A DNA stretch of 64,000 nucleotides from sequence record PZ452609.1; one strand, 5' to 3'. The notes under the pieces are model-generated. The model did no database searches. It saw only the letters and a list, made by a program, of their open reading frames with translations, and was not told the origin of the DNA. A program made the translations under genes and the position numbers. Numbering within the stretch: position 1 is the stretch's first letter; each line of letters begins with the position of its first letter. Shown here in pieces: positions 44,547 through 54,455 of the stretch. Source of the stretch: a phage.

Positions 44547-45616
44547 TTAACCAACACCCAATCTTTTTAGGTGGTGAGAGAAAGACATTTGACTCACTTA
44601 ATAAGCACTACCCAAAAATCTTTGAGCTATATAAACAACAAAAAGCGCAAGACTGGTCAGAAGATGAGTTTCCTTTTGAACAATCACGTCTTGATTTTGA
44701 GAGTGTGCCAGCATCAATGTCAGGTGTAATGCTTGAGATTCTTAAGTGGCAGTGGGAAGCAGATACCCAAGTTGCTAAGAGCTTGGCATTCGCCTTTGCA
44801 CCATTCATCTCTGATGACATCTATGCAACTGCAATTATGAAGCAGTCTGAGATTGAAAACCTACATGCTCTTACTTACTCAGAGATTGTAAGGCAATGTA
44901 TTAAAAACCCTGAAACAATCTTAGATGAGATTAACCAGAATGTTGCTGTACAAGACCGATTAAAAACTGTGAATCGTGTTCTTGAAGAATTACTGGATGA
45001 AGGTATAAACTATCGCCTGAGTTATGTCCGTGATTCACTTCTTGACAAAGACCCTTTACACTTCCATAAAGTGATTCTGAAAGGGCTGTTTGCAGTGACT
45101 GCACTTGAAGGTATATCTTTTATGGCATCCTTTGCATGTACTTTTGCACTTGATGCTCAAGATAAATTTCAGGGTATTGCTCAAGCTGTCCAGAAAATTA
45201 TGCTTGACGAAATCCTTCACACTAAAATTGATATTGAAGTTTTAAAAGAAACTTTAAGAGATGATGAGTGGCAGAAAGCTTTTCAACAAATTCTTCCAGA
45301 GATTAAAGTAATCTTAGATGAAGTAGTTGAAAGTGAAGAGAAATGGTCGTATTATATCTTCTCTGAAGGACGTGCTGTAGTTGGGTTAAATACAAAACTT
45401 CTTCATGAGTGGGTTTACTATAATGCTGCCCCACTGTATGATATGTTTGGTATTCCCAGAGATTTTGTAGCTCCTAAAGAACCACCTTTGAAGTATATGA
45501 TTAAGAAGATGGAAATTGATAAAGAGCAGAATGCTAATCAGGAGCAACAGAACGGTGCGTACCTGTTGAATACTGTTGTAGATGATTTGAATAGTGGATT
45601 TTTAGAGGTTCCTTAA
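44543..45616 (+). CDS. nrdB: ribonucleotide reductase class Ia small subunit
   Basis: 357 aa from ATG 44543 with RBS aaaggag; position after nrdA. Confidence 0.8.
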   Translation: MINQHPIFLGGERKTFDSLNKHYPKIFELYKQQKAQDWSEDEFPFEQSRLDFESVPASMSGVMLEILKWQWEADTQVAKSLAFAFAPFISDDIYATAIMKQSEIENLHALTYSEIVRQCIKNPETILDEINQNVAVQDRLKTVNRVLEELLDEGINYRLSYVRDSLLDKDPLHFHKVILKGLFAVTALEGISFMASFACTFALDAQDKFQGIAQAVQKIMLDEILHTKIDIEVLKETLRDDEWQKAFQQILPEIKVILDEVVESEEKWSYYIFSEGRAVVGLNTKLLHEWVYYNAAPLYDMFGIPRDFVAPKEPPLKYMIKKMEIDKEQNANQEQQNGAYLLNTVVDDLNSGFLEVP

Positions 45617-45858
45617 TGACTTATGTGATTTACTCCAAAACTGGATGCCCTCAGTGTGAGACTGCAAAGAATTTTGCAAAAACTCGTGGTATTGACCATG
45701 TTGTGAGAATGTTAGGGCAGGATTATGAACTGTCAGACCTGATGGATATTGCACAGATGCCAGTTCGTCAGATGCCATTCATCATGAAAACTGATGGACA
45801 AAACCTAAAGCCTGTTGGGACGCTACAGAATTTTATGGCAGAGGTGAATAATGCTTAA
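45616..45858 (+). CDS. nrdH: glutaredoxin-like protein (NrdH-type)
   Basis: SKTGCPQCETAK CxxC redox motif near N-terminus; 80 aa; adjacent to nrdB. Confidence 0.6.
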   Translation: MTYVIYSKTGCPQCETAKNFAKTRGIDHVVRMLGQDYELSDLMDIAQMPVRQMPFIMKTDGQNLKPVGTLQNFMAEVNNA

Positions 45859-46057
45859 ACGCATTTGGGAAGGTTTGGTTGTTGATGCACCAGCTATTGT
45901 GATTGGTATGCTGATTGTTAACCTATTTACTGATTTTGAACAAGGTTCATTGTTTGGGGCCATGTTACTATGGGTTATCTTTGAAATATTAGAGATACAG
46001 TTAGGCATCACTGAAAAACTTAGAAAACTCGTTTCTAAGTTTTCTAAAAAGATTTAA
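45851..46057 (+). CDS. small membrane protein (two predicted TM segments)
   Basis: 68 aa, hydrophobic stretches AIVIGMLIVNLF and LFGAMLLWVIF, charged C-terminus. Confidence 0.35.
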   Translation: MLKRIWEGLVVDAPAIVIGMLIVNLFTDFEQGSLFGAMLLWVIFEILEIQLGITEKLRKLVSKFSKKI

Positions 46058-46064
46058 AATGAAA

Positions 46065-46086
46065 GGGTCTCTTCGGAGACCTTTTT
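46065..46086 (+). terminator. intrinsic terminator (gggtctc-UUCG-gagacc + TTTTT)
   Basis: stem with UUCG tetraloop and T-run. Confidence 0.65.
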
Positions 46087-46105
46087 AGCATGTAAAGGGG
46101 CAATA

Positions 46106-48250
46106 ATGAACAAAGTACAGATTATTAAAAAGAACGGCTCACTTGAAGAACCCGATATCAAAAAAGTTTTAGCAGCAGTAGCTAAGTCAGCTAACAGGGT
46201 TGGATATAAAGAACTTCCACCAGATGTTACCCAAGCTCTTGAGTCAGCATTTATGAGGATTTTGGTAAAGTCCACTAAGCAGAATAATTTGCTTATCTCG
46301 GTAAATGATATTCACAGTATTGTTGAAGGTGCTTTGGCAGAGGTCAATCACGAGATTTATGAGTCTTACTCAACATACAGAAATTACCGTAAAGAGGTTG
46401 CTCAAAATTGGGACGAACTCTACCAGAAGACTAAAGATACACTCTTCTTAGGTGACCGTGAAAATGCTAACTTTGACAGCAGTTTAATTTCTACGAAAGG
46501 TTCAATTATCCGTGGTTACCTGACTAAAGAAATCTTTAAACAGTATCATCTAACACCAGAGGAACTTGAAGCCATTGAGAAAGGCTTTATCTATATCCAC
46601 GATTTGAGAGACCTGATTTTTGGTGGTATTAACTGTTGCCTGTTTGACATTGGTAAAGTACTAAAAGGTGGCTTTGAAATGTCCGGCATTGAGTACTGTG
46701 AACCTAAATCTGTACTGTCAGCGTTGCAGGTTATTGGTGACGTAGTACTTTCAGCAACTGCACAGCAATTTGGTGGTTTTACTTTAGCAGAGATTGATAA
46801 GGTACTTGTACCGTATGCTAAGAAGTCTCTACGCTATCATGCTGAGAAAGCATCATCTTATGGTATTCCTAAAGAGCATTACCACAATTATGTAATGGAG
46901 CAGTTACAAATTGAACTGACTCAAGGTTTTCAGTCACTTGAGATGAAACTAAATACCGTACCTTGTAGCCGTGGTGATTTTGCATTCACAACTTTAACAT
47001 TTGGTTTACTTGACTCAGATATGTCTAATGAGGATAATCGACTACAATACATGATTGCAAGTACTCTCCTAGATGTTCGTATGAATGGACAAGGCAAGAG
47101 TAAAAAACCTGTTGTATTCCCTAAACTGGTTTATATTTATGACCAGAAGAGACATGATGAGAATATCTGTCAAGGTCACCTGTACAGTAAAGCTATTGAG
47201 TGTTGCTCTAAAGCAATGTACCCAGATTTCTTAAGTGTGTCTGGTCATGGTGCTGTAGCAGAGGCTTTTGAGCGTTCTGGTAAGGTAATTTCACCGATGG
47301 GTTGCAGAGCCTTCTTATCTCCATATTTTAATGAGGATGGGGAAGAGTTTTACGTTGGTCGTGCTAACATTGGTGCTGTATCTTTGAACTTGCCAATGAT
47401 TTACCAGTACTCTAAAGAGAATGGTTTAGATTTCTGGAAAGAGCTTGATAAGTACCTAGAGATGATTCGCAACTTCCACAAGAAACGCTACGAAATGATT
47501 GCTAATATGCCAGCAAGTTCTAACCCTCTTGCGTTCACACAAGGTGGTCTGTACAAAGGAACTAAGAAACCTACTGACAAGGTTGGTTGGGATATTGTGA
47601 AGTCCTTCACAGCTTCTTTTGGTGTTACTGCGCTTGATGAGTTGTCTGTTCTTGCTGAAGGTAAACGACTTCATGAAGTTGGAAGCTATAGTTTTGCATA
47701 TGATGTTCTGGCATACATTAACATGAAAACCGAAGAGTTTAAAAATGAAGATGGCTTCTTATATGCCGTCTATGGTACTCCAGCAGAATCACTATGTGGG
47801 ACTCAGCTAAAACAGTTCAGAGATATGTTTGGGGTTATCAAAGGTGTTTCCGATAAGGAATACTTTACAAACAGTTTCCATATGAATGTTGCAGCAGACA
47901 TCTCACCATTTGAGAAGCAGGACTTAGAAGAGCCATTCTTCCATATCTGTAGAGGCGGTAGAATCCAGTATGTAAGAGTAGCTAACCCAGAAAACTTATC
48001 AGCACTTAAGAGCTGTATTACAAGAGGGATGTTGAAAGGTTTCTATCAGGGACTTAACTTTGACTTAGCAATCTGTGAACATTGTGGTAACAGGCCAAAG
48101 GCTGATGTTGAAGAATGTGAAGTTTGTCACTCACATGATATCTCTGTGATTAACAGGGTGTGTGGGTATCTTGGATGGACTAAGATTAAAGGTGAATCCC
48201 GAATGAACGATGCAAAAATCGCTGAGATTCGTGACAGAGTTTCTATGTAA
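46106..48250 (+). CDS. nrdD: anaerobic ribonucleotide reductase (class III)
   Basis: C-terminal Zn ribbon CEHC...CEVC followed by glycyl-radical motif RVCGYLG. Confidence 0.85.
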   Translation: MNKVQIIKKNGSLEEPDIKKVLAAVAKSANRVGYKELPPDVTQALESAFMRILVKSTKQNNLLISVNDIHSIVEGALAEVNHEIYESYSTYRNYRKEVAQNWDELYQKTKDTLFLGDRENANFDSSLISTKGSIIRGYLTKEIFKQYHLTPEELEAIEKGFIYIHDLRDLIFGGINCCLFDIGKVLKGGFEMSGIEYCEPKSVLSALQVIGDVVLSATAQQFGGFTLAEIDKVLVPYAKKSLRYHAEKASSYGIPKEHYHNYVMEQLQIELTQGFQSLEMKLNTVPCSRGDFAFTTLTFGLLDSDMSNEDNRLQYMIASTLLDVRMNGQGKSKKPVVFPKLVYIYDQKRHDENICQGHLYSKAIECCSKAMYPDFLSVSGHGAVAEAFERSGKVISPMGCRAFLSPYFNEDGEEFYVGRANIGAVSLNLPMIYQYSKENGLDFWKELDKYLEMIRNFHKKRYEMIANMPASSNPLAFTQGGLYKGTKKPTDKVGWDIVKSFTASFGVTALDELSVLAEGKRLHEVGSYSFAYDVLAYINMKTEEFKNEDGFLYAVYGTPAESLCGTQLKQFRDMFGVIKGVSDKEYFTNSFHMNVAADISPFEKQDLEEPFFHICRGGRIQYVRVANPENLSALKSCITRGMLKGFYQGLNFDLAICEHCGNRPKADVEECEVCHSHDISVINRVCGYLGWTKIKGESRMNDAKIAEIRDRVSM

Positions 48251-48404
48251 AACTTGACATGGTGGTGTGAGTCTTGATAGGCTTACATCACCTTTTTTAT
48301 TGGATGTTAGATATGGCAGAGAGTATTATTGGGTTGTTCATAGGTTCTGTCTTACTAGGGTTCTTTTTAGGACTCTCTTATTGTGAATTAAGAGGCAAGT
48401 TAAA

Positions 48405-48605
48405 ATGTTTAAAATATCAAAAGCGTTGATATACATTCTCCACATTCTAATCTTCTTCTTTGGGGTTAGTGTTATGGTATGGGGTTTTTCAGACCCACAA
48501 TGGAGTTTCGCATATCAGGGTCAGATGGATTTATGGTCATGCTTCAAACCATTTTTAGGGTTAGTCATAGCATTCAGTGCATTGCCAACTAAGGTGAAAT
48601 TATGA
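48405..48605 (+). CDS. small membrane protein
   Basis: 66 aa with two hydrophobic segments. Confidence 0.3.
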   Translation: MFKISKALIYILHILIFFFGVSVMVWGFSDPQWSFAYQGQMDLWSCFKPFLGLVIAFSALPTKVKL

Positions 48606-48997
48606 TTAAGTTGAACAAAAAACAGTTAGAGTGGATTAAAGATTATGCCTCAGAGTGTGGCTCTTGCGAAAAGAATCACGTAAGATATTCAACATTCCAT
48701 ACGACCTTCACATTGTACATCAGCGACAACGTTCTAAGTGATTCCGTAGAAGATGGCGTAGCGTTACCTAATGAATTGCTTGACAAATTAGCTGTAGTCT
48801 CTGGAACTTGGTCTGAAGAAGACGGTCATGAATTATCTAACGATGTTGTCTTCTACACTCTTGAAAACATTATGAATCCAGAGTACATTATACTAATGAC
48901 TTGTGCACAAGATTGTGTGCCATTACAAAACTTCATTAAAGAACACTGCGAAGAATTTATTACTAAACAGGTTCCTTGTCAGGTGGTGTTTGAATGA
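48602..48997 (+). CDS. hypothetical protein
   Basis: 131 aa. Confidence 0.35.
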   Translation: MIKLNKKQLEWIKDYASECGSCEKNHVRYSTFHTTFTLYISDNVLSDSVEDGVALPNELLDKLAVVSGTWSEEDGHELSNDVVFYTLENIMNPEYIILMTCAQDCVPLQNFIKEHCEEFITKQVPCQVVFE

Positions 48998-49293
48998 GTA
49001 AAACAATTCGAAGAAAAGGTTTAAAGAACGTTCATGGACTCTATGAGTGGAGAAATGAGGTACGTAACAGAGAAAATGCTTCAGATGTCTACTTCCATTC
49101 TGATATGATGTCCAGAAAAGGTGGCTCTTACGACTTCACAAGCCAGCCTTGTAGAGAGATTAAGAAGGCCACTAAACGTCTTACAAGAACACAAATAAGG
49201 CAGCTTTCTAAGACATCCTTCTTAGATGAAGATTTTGATATTGATAGCAAGTCTCCAAAGAAAGCCGCTAAGAACACTTATATGTATTGGTGA
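48994..49293 (+). CDS. hypothetical protein
   Basis: 99 aa. Confidence 0.35.
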   Translation: MSKTIRRKGLKNVHGLYEWRNEVRNRENASDVYFHSDMMSRKGGSYDFTSQPCREIKKATKRLTRTQIRQLSKTSFLDEDFDIDSKSPKKAAKNTYMYW

Positions 49294-49302
49294 GGTAACT
49301 AG

Positions 49303-49788
49303 ATGAATTACATGGAGATTCGACCATTTGACACAGCTAATGGTGAAGGGGTTCGTGTAAGCCTCTTCGTAGCTGGTTGTAAGCATCACTGTGAAGGTTG
49401 CTTTAATAAGGAATCTTGGAAGTTTAATGCTGGTAAAGAGTTCACTTATGCAAACCTTTATGGCATCATTAAGTTAATGGATGATAATGCCATCAGTGGG
49501 CTGTCAATACTTGGTGGAGAACCTCTAGATGATAGAAATATTCAAGAGGTTACCAACATATGCAAACGTATTAAAACCGTTTACCCAGAAAAATCTATCT
49601 GGCTCTGGACAGGTTTTCAGTTACATGAAAAAATTCACCTTGATGTGATGAAATATGTTGACGTGGTGATTGATGGTAAGTATGATTCATCTAAACCAAC
49701 AGTTAAACCGTATCGTGGTTCAGATAACCAAAACCTCTGGAGAAAAGAGTACGGATGGCAAGGTGATTGTCAGTGGAGAGCAGAGTAA
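49303..49788 (+). CDS. nrdG: anaerobic ribonucleotide reductase activating protein (radical SAM)
   Basis: CKHHCEGC (CxxxCxxC) radical-SAM cluster motif; 161 aa; near nrdD. Confidence 0.75.
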   Translation: MNYMEIRPFDTANGEGVRVSLFVAGCKHHCEGCFNKESWKFNAGKEFTYANLYGIIKLMDDNAISGLSILGGEPLDDRNIQEVTNICKRIKTVYPEKSIWLWTGFQLHEKIHLDVMKYVDVVIDGKYDSSKPTVKPYRGSDNQNLWRKEYGWQGDCQWRAE

Positions 49789-49912
49789 ATCTCGTTATAA
49801 AGTAGGTTATCGGTAAAAGCCACTTTACAATGTTCTACAGAACAAACTTAACCGTTGGTATCACTGAAGAAGAACTTAAAACATTTTGTGAAAAGATTGA
49901 GAGAGATATGAA

Positions 49913-50176
49913 ATGGGACTCTGGAATAGTTTTAAATCAAAAGTGAAAGCAGCACTAGCTTCATTAGGTATGCTCACTGGTGTTGATGTGACTCATCTTA
50001 TGCAGAACTTCAAGATGGATGAGAAACTGGCTAATGAGATTATGAAAAGCATCTATGTAGGCCGTGGCAAAGGTGGTAAGAAGCAAGCCCATCGTCCGAC
50101 TGGTGCAGCAGCAATTAAACGCGCAGCTAAGAAAGCTCGTAACCGTAACCGTAAACGTAATAAGAAGGCTAAATAA
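49913..50176 (+). CDS. small protein with highly basic C-terminal tail
   Basis: C-terminus KRAAKKARNRNRKRNKKAK. Confidence 0.35.
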   Translation: MGLWNSFKSKVKAALASLGMLTGVDVTHLMQNFKMDEKLANEIMKSIYVGRGKGGKKQAHRPTGAAAIKRAAKKARNRNRKRNKKAK

Positions 50177-50178
50177 TC

Positions 50179-50499
50179 ATGAGCAAAGTTTATAACACTC
50201 GTAAATTACAGATTTTCTTACTGTGCCAGTTTATGGCTAGAGAACATAACTCCTACTATTGTGGTACAGGATTCATTAGTGATAATGATGGCTCATATCT
50301 CCCATTCAAAGAGGCTGTAAAACTCTTCAATGAAGAGAAAAGCTCTGAGAAAGATATTGAAAAGGTTAAATTAACCTATAGTAAGAAAGATAAGAAGATT
50401 ATCTGCCTAGATAACTTTGTGAAAGTTACCAAAGAAACTAAAGAGTTAATGGAAGAAAGTGAAATTCCATTCACAAGAATCTTGAAAGTAGCTCAGTAA
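50179..50499 (+). CDS. hypothetical protein
   Basis: 106 aa. Confidence 0.35.
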   Translation: MSKVYNTRKLQIFLLCQFMAREHNSYYCGTGFISDNDGSYLPFKEAVKLFNEEKSSEKDIEKVKLTYSKKDKKIICLDNFVKVTKETKELMEESEIPFTRILKVAQ

Positions 50500-50550
50500 A
50501 CAGATACTATAAGGGGACTGTAAAGGTTCCCTTTTTATTTTGGAGGTAAA

Positions 50551-51066
50551 ATGTATCTGTCAAACCTGAAACGTTCGGTTGCAATGTCAGTTCTAAGACT
50601 CAGCTTTGATGAGCGTCAAGAGTTTATAGACTCCCACAAATATGACCCTTCAAATTCTAATCACATGGTTCTTTGGAATCGTGGTAACTTACGTGAAAGA
50701 GCACTTGTCCGTTATTACCCACACTACACAATAGATAACCTGTATGAATGGTGTGTTGTGAAGAACACCATTGCAACACTGAACAATCTTTGCAGGTATA
50801 CGGGTAAGCAAATATTTACATTAGGTCATCACAAACCTGTTACAAAAGGTGGTGAACATCACTGTGCAAACTGGTTTATCCAAACTAAAGCTGATAACCA
50901 GAAGCAAGGAGATAGCCTCCTAAGTATCCCTAAGATGACCTATGAAGAGCAAGAGAAATATATCAAAAATAATATGCCAGATGTGCTTGACAACAACTAT
51001 ACAGATTTGGCAATATCTCTCCTGTTGAAGTTCGAGACAGTTTATAGGGCAACTTATAATGACTAA
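50551..51066 (+). CDS. HNH endonuclease-like protein
   Basis: GHHKPVTKGGEHHCANWFIQTKADNQKQ resembles HNH/His-Me finger core. Confidence 0.4.
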   Translation: MYLSNLKRSVAMSVLRLSFDERQEFIDSHKYDPSNSNHMVLWNRGNLRERALVRYYPHYTIDNLYEWCVVKNTIATLNNLCRYTGKQIFTLGHHKPVTKGGEHHCANWFIQTKADNQKQGDSLLSIPKMTYEEQEKYIKNNMPDVLDNNYTDLAISLLLKFETVYRATYND

Positions 51067-51337
51067 AGAAAAGTGGGAGATTTTACCATTAGTCAGTGAA
51101 GGAGGTAATGGTTGTGAAATGTACATGATACGTGGTCATGTTCCAGAGCCAATTGCACTTGAGATGGTAAACAACTTTACAGATGGTTCTTACAAAGACT
51201 TAGGCGAACCAACTGTCAAGCAACAATGGGTTAAACCTGTACCAGACAGCACAGGTAACTGTAGTGTACTTTATCACGTTGTAGACCCTGCAAAATGCAA
51301 ATCTGCAATGGCAGTAACAAACGTAACTTTTGATTGA
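51059..51337 (+). CDS. hypothetical protein
   Basis: 92 aa. Confidence 0.35.
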   Translation: MTKEKWEILPLVSEGGNGCEMYMIRGHVPEPIALEMVNNFTDGSYKDLGEPTVKQQWVKPVPDSTGNCSVLYHVVDPAKCKSAMAVTNVTFD

Positions 51338-52230
51338 GAGAGAAAACTATGAAAACATCTATCCGTGTTACAGTTCATTCACCAACTAAAGGGACTCATG
51401 AAGAAGAGTTTAACATCGTCCAATTCCCTTCTGGTGAGATTGGTGGACACTTTTCGCCAGAGTTTGTTGATTTTACTGCTTATGCAGCATCATCCATCAA
51501 CAATGTGATTATGATTGTAAAAGGTTATGACAAGGACACATTGTTTGCTGTGGCACTTGCTAAAGAAGCAATTGATGATTTAATTCCTCATGATTATGCT
51601 TTAAAGACTGTCATCTTTTACTACTTACCAAATGCACGATATGACCGTCACATGTTTAAAGGTGACGCAGCAGCTTTAAAGGTTTTTGCTAAACAGATTA
51701 ATGCAATGGGATTTGGCGCAGTCTGTGCAGTTGACCCTCACAGCTATGTACCAGATAACCTGTTTAACTGCTTCCAGAGTATTCCTCAAAAGGAGATTGC
51801 AGTCCACTATGCAAATGACCCACTGGTTGATTACTTAGTAGCCCCAGATGCAGGTGCTGCTAAGAAGGTTGCAGAGACCGCTAAAGAGGTGGATAAACCA
51901 TATATCACAATGTCTAAGGTGCGTAACCTTAAGACTGGTGAAATTACTGGTATGCGAATCCTTGATGATGTTGATTTGACAGATAAAACCGTCATGATTC
52001 TGGATGATATCTGTGATGGTGGTCGAACCTTCATAGAAGCAGCTAAGCATCTCCGTGAAGCAGGTACAAAACGTGTGGAACTCTATGTAACACATGGTAT
52101 CTTCTCTAAAGATGTTGAAAACCTTCTTGACAATGGTATTGACCATATCTACACTACAAACTCTTTAGGGGAAGCTAAAGACCGTGGCTTAACACATTAT
52201 GGTCAAGTTACTGTAGCAAACCTTGATTGA
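51334..52230 (+). CDS. ribose-phosphate pyrophosphokinase-like enzyme (PRPP synthetase family; possible ADP-ribose pyrophosphokinase)
   Basis: PRTase-type binding motif VMILDDICDGGRTF; 298 aa; immediately upstream of Nampt-like gene. Confidence 0.7.
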   Translation: MREKTMKTSIRVTVHSPTKGTHEEEFNIVQFPSGEIGGHFSPEFVDFTAYAASSINNVIMIVKGYDKDTLFAVALAKEAIDDLIPHDYALKTVIFYYLPNARYDRHMFKGDAAALKVFAKQINAMGFGAVCAVDPHSYVPDNLFNCFQSIPQKEIAVHYANDPLVDYLVAPDAGAAKKVAETAKEVDKPYITMSKVRNLKTGEITGMRILDDVDLTDKTVMILDDICDGGRTFIEAAKHLREAGTKRVELYVTHGIFSKDVENLLDNGIDHIYTTNSLGEAKDRGLTHYGQVTVANLD

Positions 52231-52239
52231 AACTTTATA

Positions 52240-52260
52240 GGGGCTTAAAAGCCCCATTTT
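52240..52260 (+). terminator. stem-loop ggggc-ttaaaa-gcccc + ATTTT between the two NAD-module genes
   Basis: hairpin and T-run; member of recurring GGGGCTT..AAGCCCC family. Confidence 0.4.
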
Positions 52261-52275
52261 GAGAGAGATTAAAAG

Positions 52276-54057
52276 ATGACTAAATCACTTTATGCAGTAC
52301 CAGCAGGTTTAAATGCAGATGCTTACAAATCTGGTCATGTTTACCAGTATCCTAGTGCAACAGAATACTTGATGTTCAACCTGACACCACGTAGTGATAA
52401 ATGGTTTAACAGCCCTTTAGCAATTGACGGTGTAGTGGCTTTTGGTATTCAACGTTTTGTTAAAGATTACTTGATAGACCACTGGAATGCCACTTTCTTT
52501 GAACGTGATAAAAAAGAAGCCATTGATGAAATCTTAGAAGTCATGAATGGTGTTCTGGGTAAAGATGCTATCGGTCGAGAGCATTGGGAAGCACTTCACG
52601 ACTTAGGTTATCTACCAGTTGAAGTATACGCTGTAGAAGAAGGCACAGTTGTTCCAATGCGTGTCCCGATGATTGTCTTTCAGAACACTGTTTCAGGTTT
52701 TCATTGGGTAGCAGGTTATCTGGAAGATGCTTTCTCTGCTGAAATTTGGAAGGCTTGCACCATTGCAACTATTGCATTGCATTACAAACGCATCTGTAAG
52801 AAGTGGGCTGACCTTACTTGTGACAATGACTTACATTTACCTTATCAGTGCCATGATTTTGCTATGCGTGGTATGTCCGGCTTTACTGATGACGCATTTA
52901 ACGCTGTAGGTCACTTAACCAGCTTTAAAGGGACTGATAGCTTCCCTGCTGTATACACGGCTAAACGAATCTATGGACAGTCCTACCCAATCTCTGATAT
53001 TGGTAGCTCTGTACCAGCCACTGAGCACTCTGTAATGTGTGCAAACATTGCTTGGGAAGGTGGTAATGAGTTGATTGAAGAAGAAAGACGCTTTAAAGGT
53101 GAGTTACAAACCTTCCGTCGTTTCTTAACAGAAACTTACCCAACAGGTATTGCAAGTATTGTTTCAGATACTTATAACTTCTGGAGAACTGTGTCAGAAA
53201 TCTTACCAGCACTTCGTAAAGAAATTATGGAACGTGATGGCAAACTGGTAATTCGCCCTGACTCTGGAGACCCTGTACATATTGTCACAGGTTATAAAGC
53301 AATCCACTTAGAATGTGCTAAGAAGGCTTATTACGAGCACCTAAGCAAGCTGGAAGTCAGTGACACAATGTTGAATGCTGTTCTTAACATGAAGCTTGAA
53401 AACATCAACTATGGTATTGCTGGATGGCTACTGTCAGAAGGCTACGAAATGGTTGTTGACAGAGAAGACTTTGAAGTTGCTGATACAGTGATGTTGAAGA
53501 ACGCTTATATGGTTGGTTCTGCAAACGTTGTAACACGCCCTGTAGCAGAGATTGATGGAGCTATTAAGACCTTGTATAACATCTTTGGAGGAACTATCAA
53601 CTCTAAAGGTTTTAAGGTACTGGATGAGCACATTGGACTTATCTATGGCGACTCTATCACGTTGGAACGTGCAAACGAAATCCTGAAGCGTCTGTATGAA
53701 ATGGGGTTTGCAAGCTCTAACGTGGTGTTTGGTGTAGGCTCTTACACTTACCAGTACATGACTCGTGACACCTTTGCATTTGCTGTCAAAGCAACTCTTG
53801 CAAGCATTGGTGGCAAAGAGATTATGCTTGCAAAAGACCCTAAAACAGATAGTGGTGTTAAGAAATCTGCCTTTGGTGGTGTAGCACCTATGTGGGATGG
53901 TGAGAATTTGAAAGCTGTAGATGGCTATGGATTCCAGAGCTTTGCAGATGCACTTGAACATCCAGCTTGTGCTTTACGTTTAGTCTTTAGCGACTCTGAG
54001 CAGTACGGTTACACAACTCTTGGTGATATTCGAAATAATATTGACAAGCAGCTTTAA
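52276..54057 (+). CDS. nadV: nicotinamide phosphoribosyltransferase-like enzyme (Nampt/NadV family)
   Basis: 593 aa; family assignment by overall similarity of pattern (e.g. VSDTYNFW) and by pairing with Prs-like gene. Confidence 0.6.
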   Translation: MTKSLYAVPAGLNADAYKSGHVYQYPSATEYLMFNLTPRSDKWFNSPLAIDGVVAFGIQRFVKDYLIDHWNATFFERDKKEAIDEILEVMNGVLGKDAIGREHWEALHDLGYLPVEVYAVEEGTVVPMRVPMIVFQNTVSGFHWVAGYLEDAFSAEIWKACTIATIALHYKRICKKWADLTCDNDLHLPYQCHDFAMRGMSGFTDDAFNAVGHLTSFKGTDSFPAVYTAKRIYGQSYPISDIGSSVPATEHSVMCANIAWEGGNELIEEERRFKGELQTFRRFLTETYPTGIASIVSDTYNFWRTVSEILPALRKEIMERDGKLVIRPDSGDPVHIVTGYKAIHLECAKKAYYEHLSKLEVSDTMLNAVLNMKLENINYGIAGWLLSEGYEMVVDREDFEVADTVMLKNAYMVGSANVVTRPVAEIDGAIKTLYNIFGGTINSKGFKVLDEHIGLIYGDSITLERANEILKRLYEMGFASSNVVFGVGSYTYQYMTRDTFAFAVKATLASIGGKEIMLAKDPKTDSGVKKSAFGGVAPMWDGENLKAVDGYGFQSFADALEHPACALRLVFSDSEQYGYTTLGDIRNNIDKQL

Positions 54058-54069
54058 AAGTATATGATA

Positions 54070-54094
54070 AGAGGCTCCTACGGGAGCCTTTTTA
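54070..54094 (+). terminator. intrinsic terminator (aggctcc-UACG-ggagcct + TTTT)
   Basis: perfect stem and T-run. Confidence 0.65.
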
Positions 54095-54110
54095 ATTTCT
54101 GGAGAATGCT

Positions 54111-54455
54111 ATGGACAACCTTTCCATATGGTTTAACAATAAACCTGTACAACCGAAATACTTACAAGTTGCCTATACAGACATCCTTAAAGTTCTCGGT
54201 AAAGAAAAGTTTGAAAAGTTTTGTGAAGGTATCTACAATCACCACTGCCAATTTGCTACAAAAGAAGGTATGTTTGTCATAGAACAGTTCTTTGGCAGAG
54301 ACCCAGATGACTACGAAGAGATTAGCTTTGTAATGAAATACATGATAGAGTATATTGAAAATCGTGGATTCGAAGTTAATCCTGAATTTTATGAACATGA
54401 GGGTGTACCTTTAGCAAAAGGTTTCGATGGCATACTCATTAACTGGACTTGGTGA
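54111..54455 (+). CDS. hypothetical protein
   Basis: 114 aa. Confidence 0.35.
   Translation: MDNLSIWFNNKPVQPKYLQVAYTDILKVLGKEKFEKFCEGIYNHHCQFATKEGMFVIEQFFGRDPDDYEEISFVMKYMIEYIENRGFEVNPEFYEHEGVPLAKGFDGILINWTW

Noticed and set aside
52276-54057. Classical complete NAD salvage operon (Nampt plus NMNAT)
   Set aside because: No ORF in this window shows the H-x-G-H nucleotidyltransferase motif of NMNAT; only the Prs-like partner is adjacent. An NMNAT may still exist outside the window.
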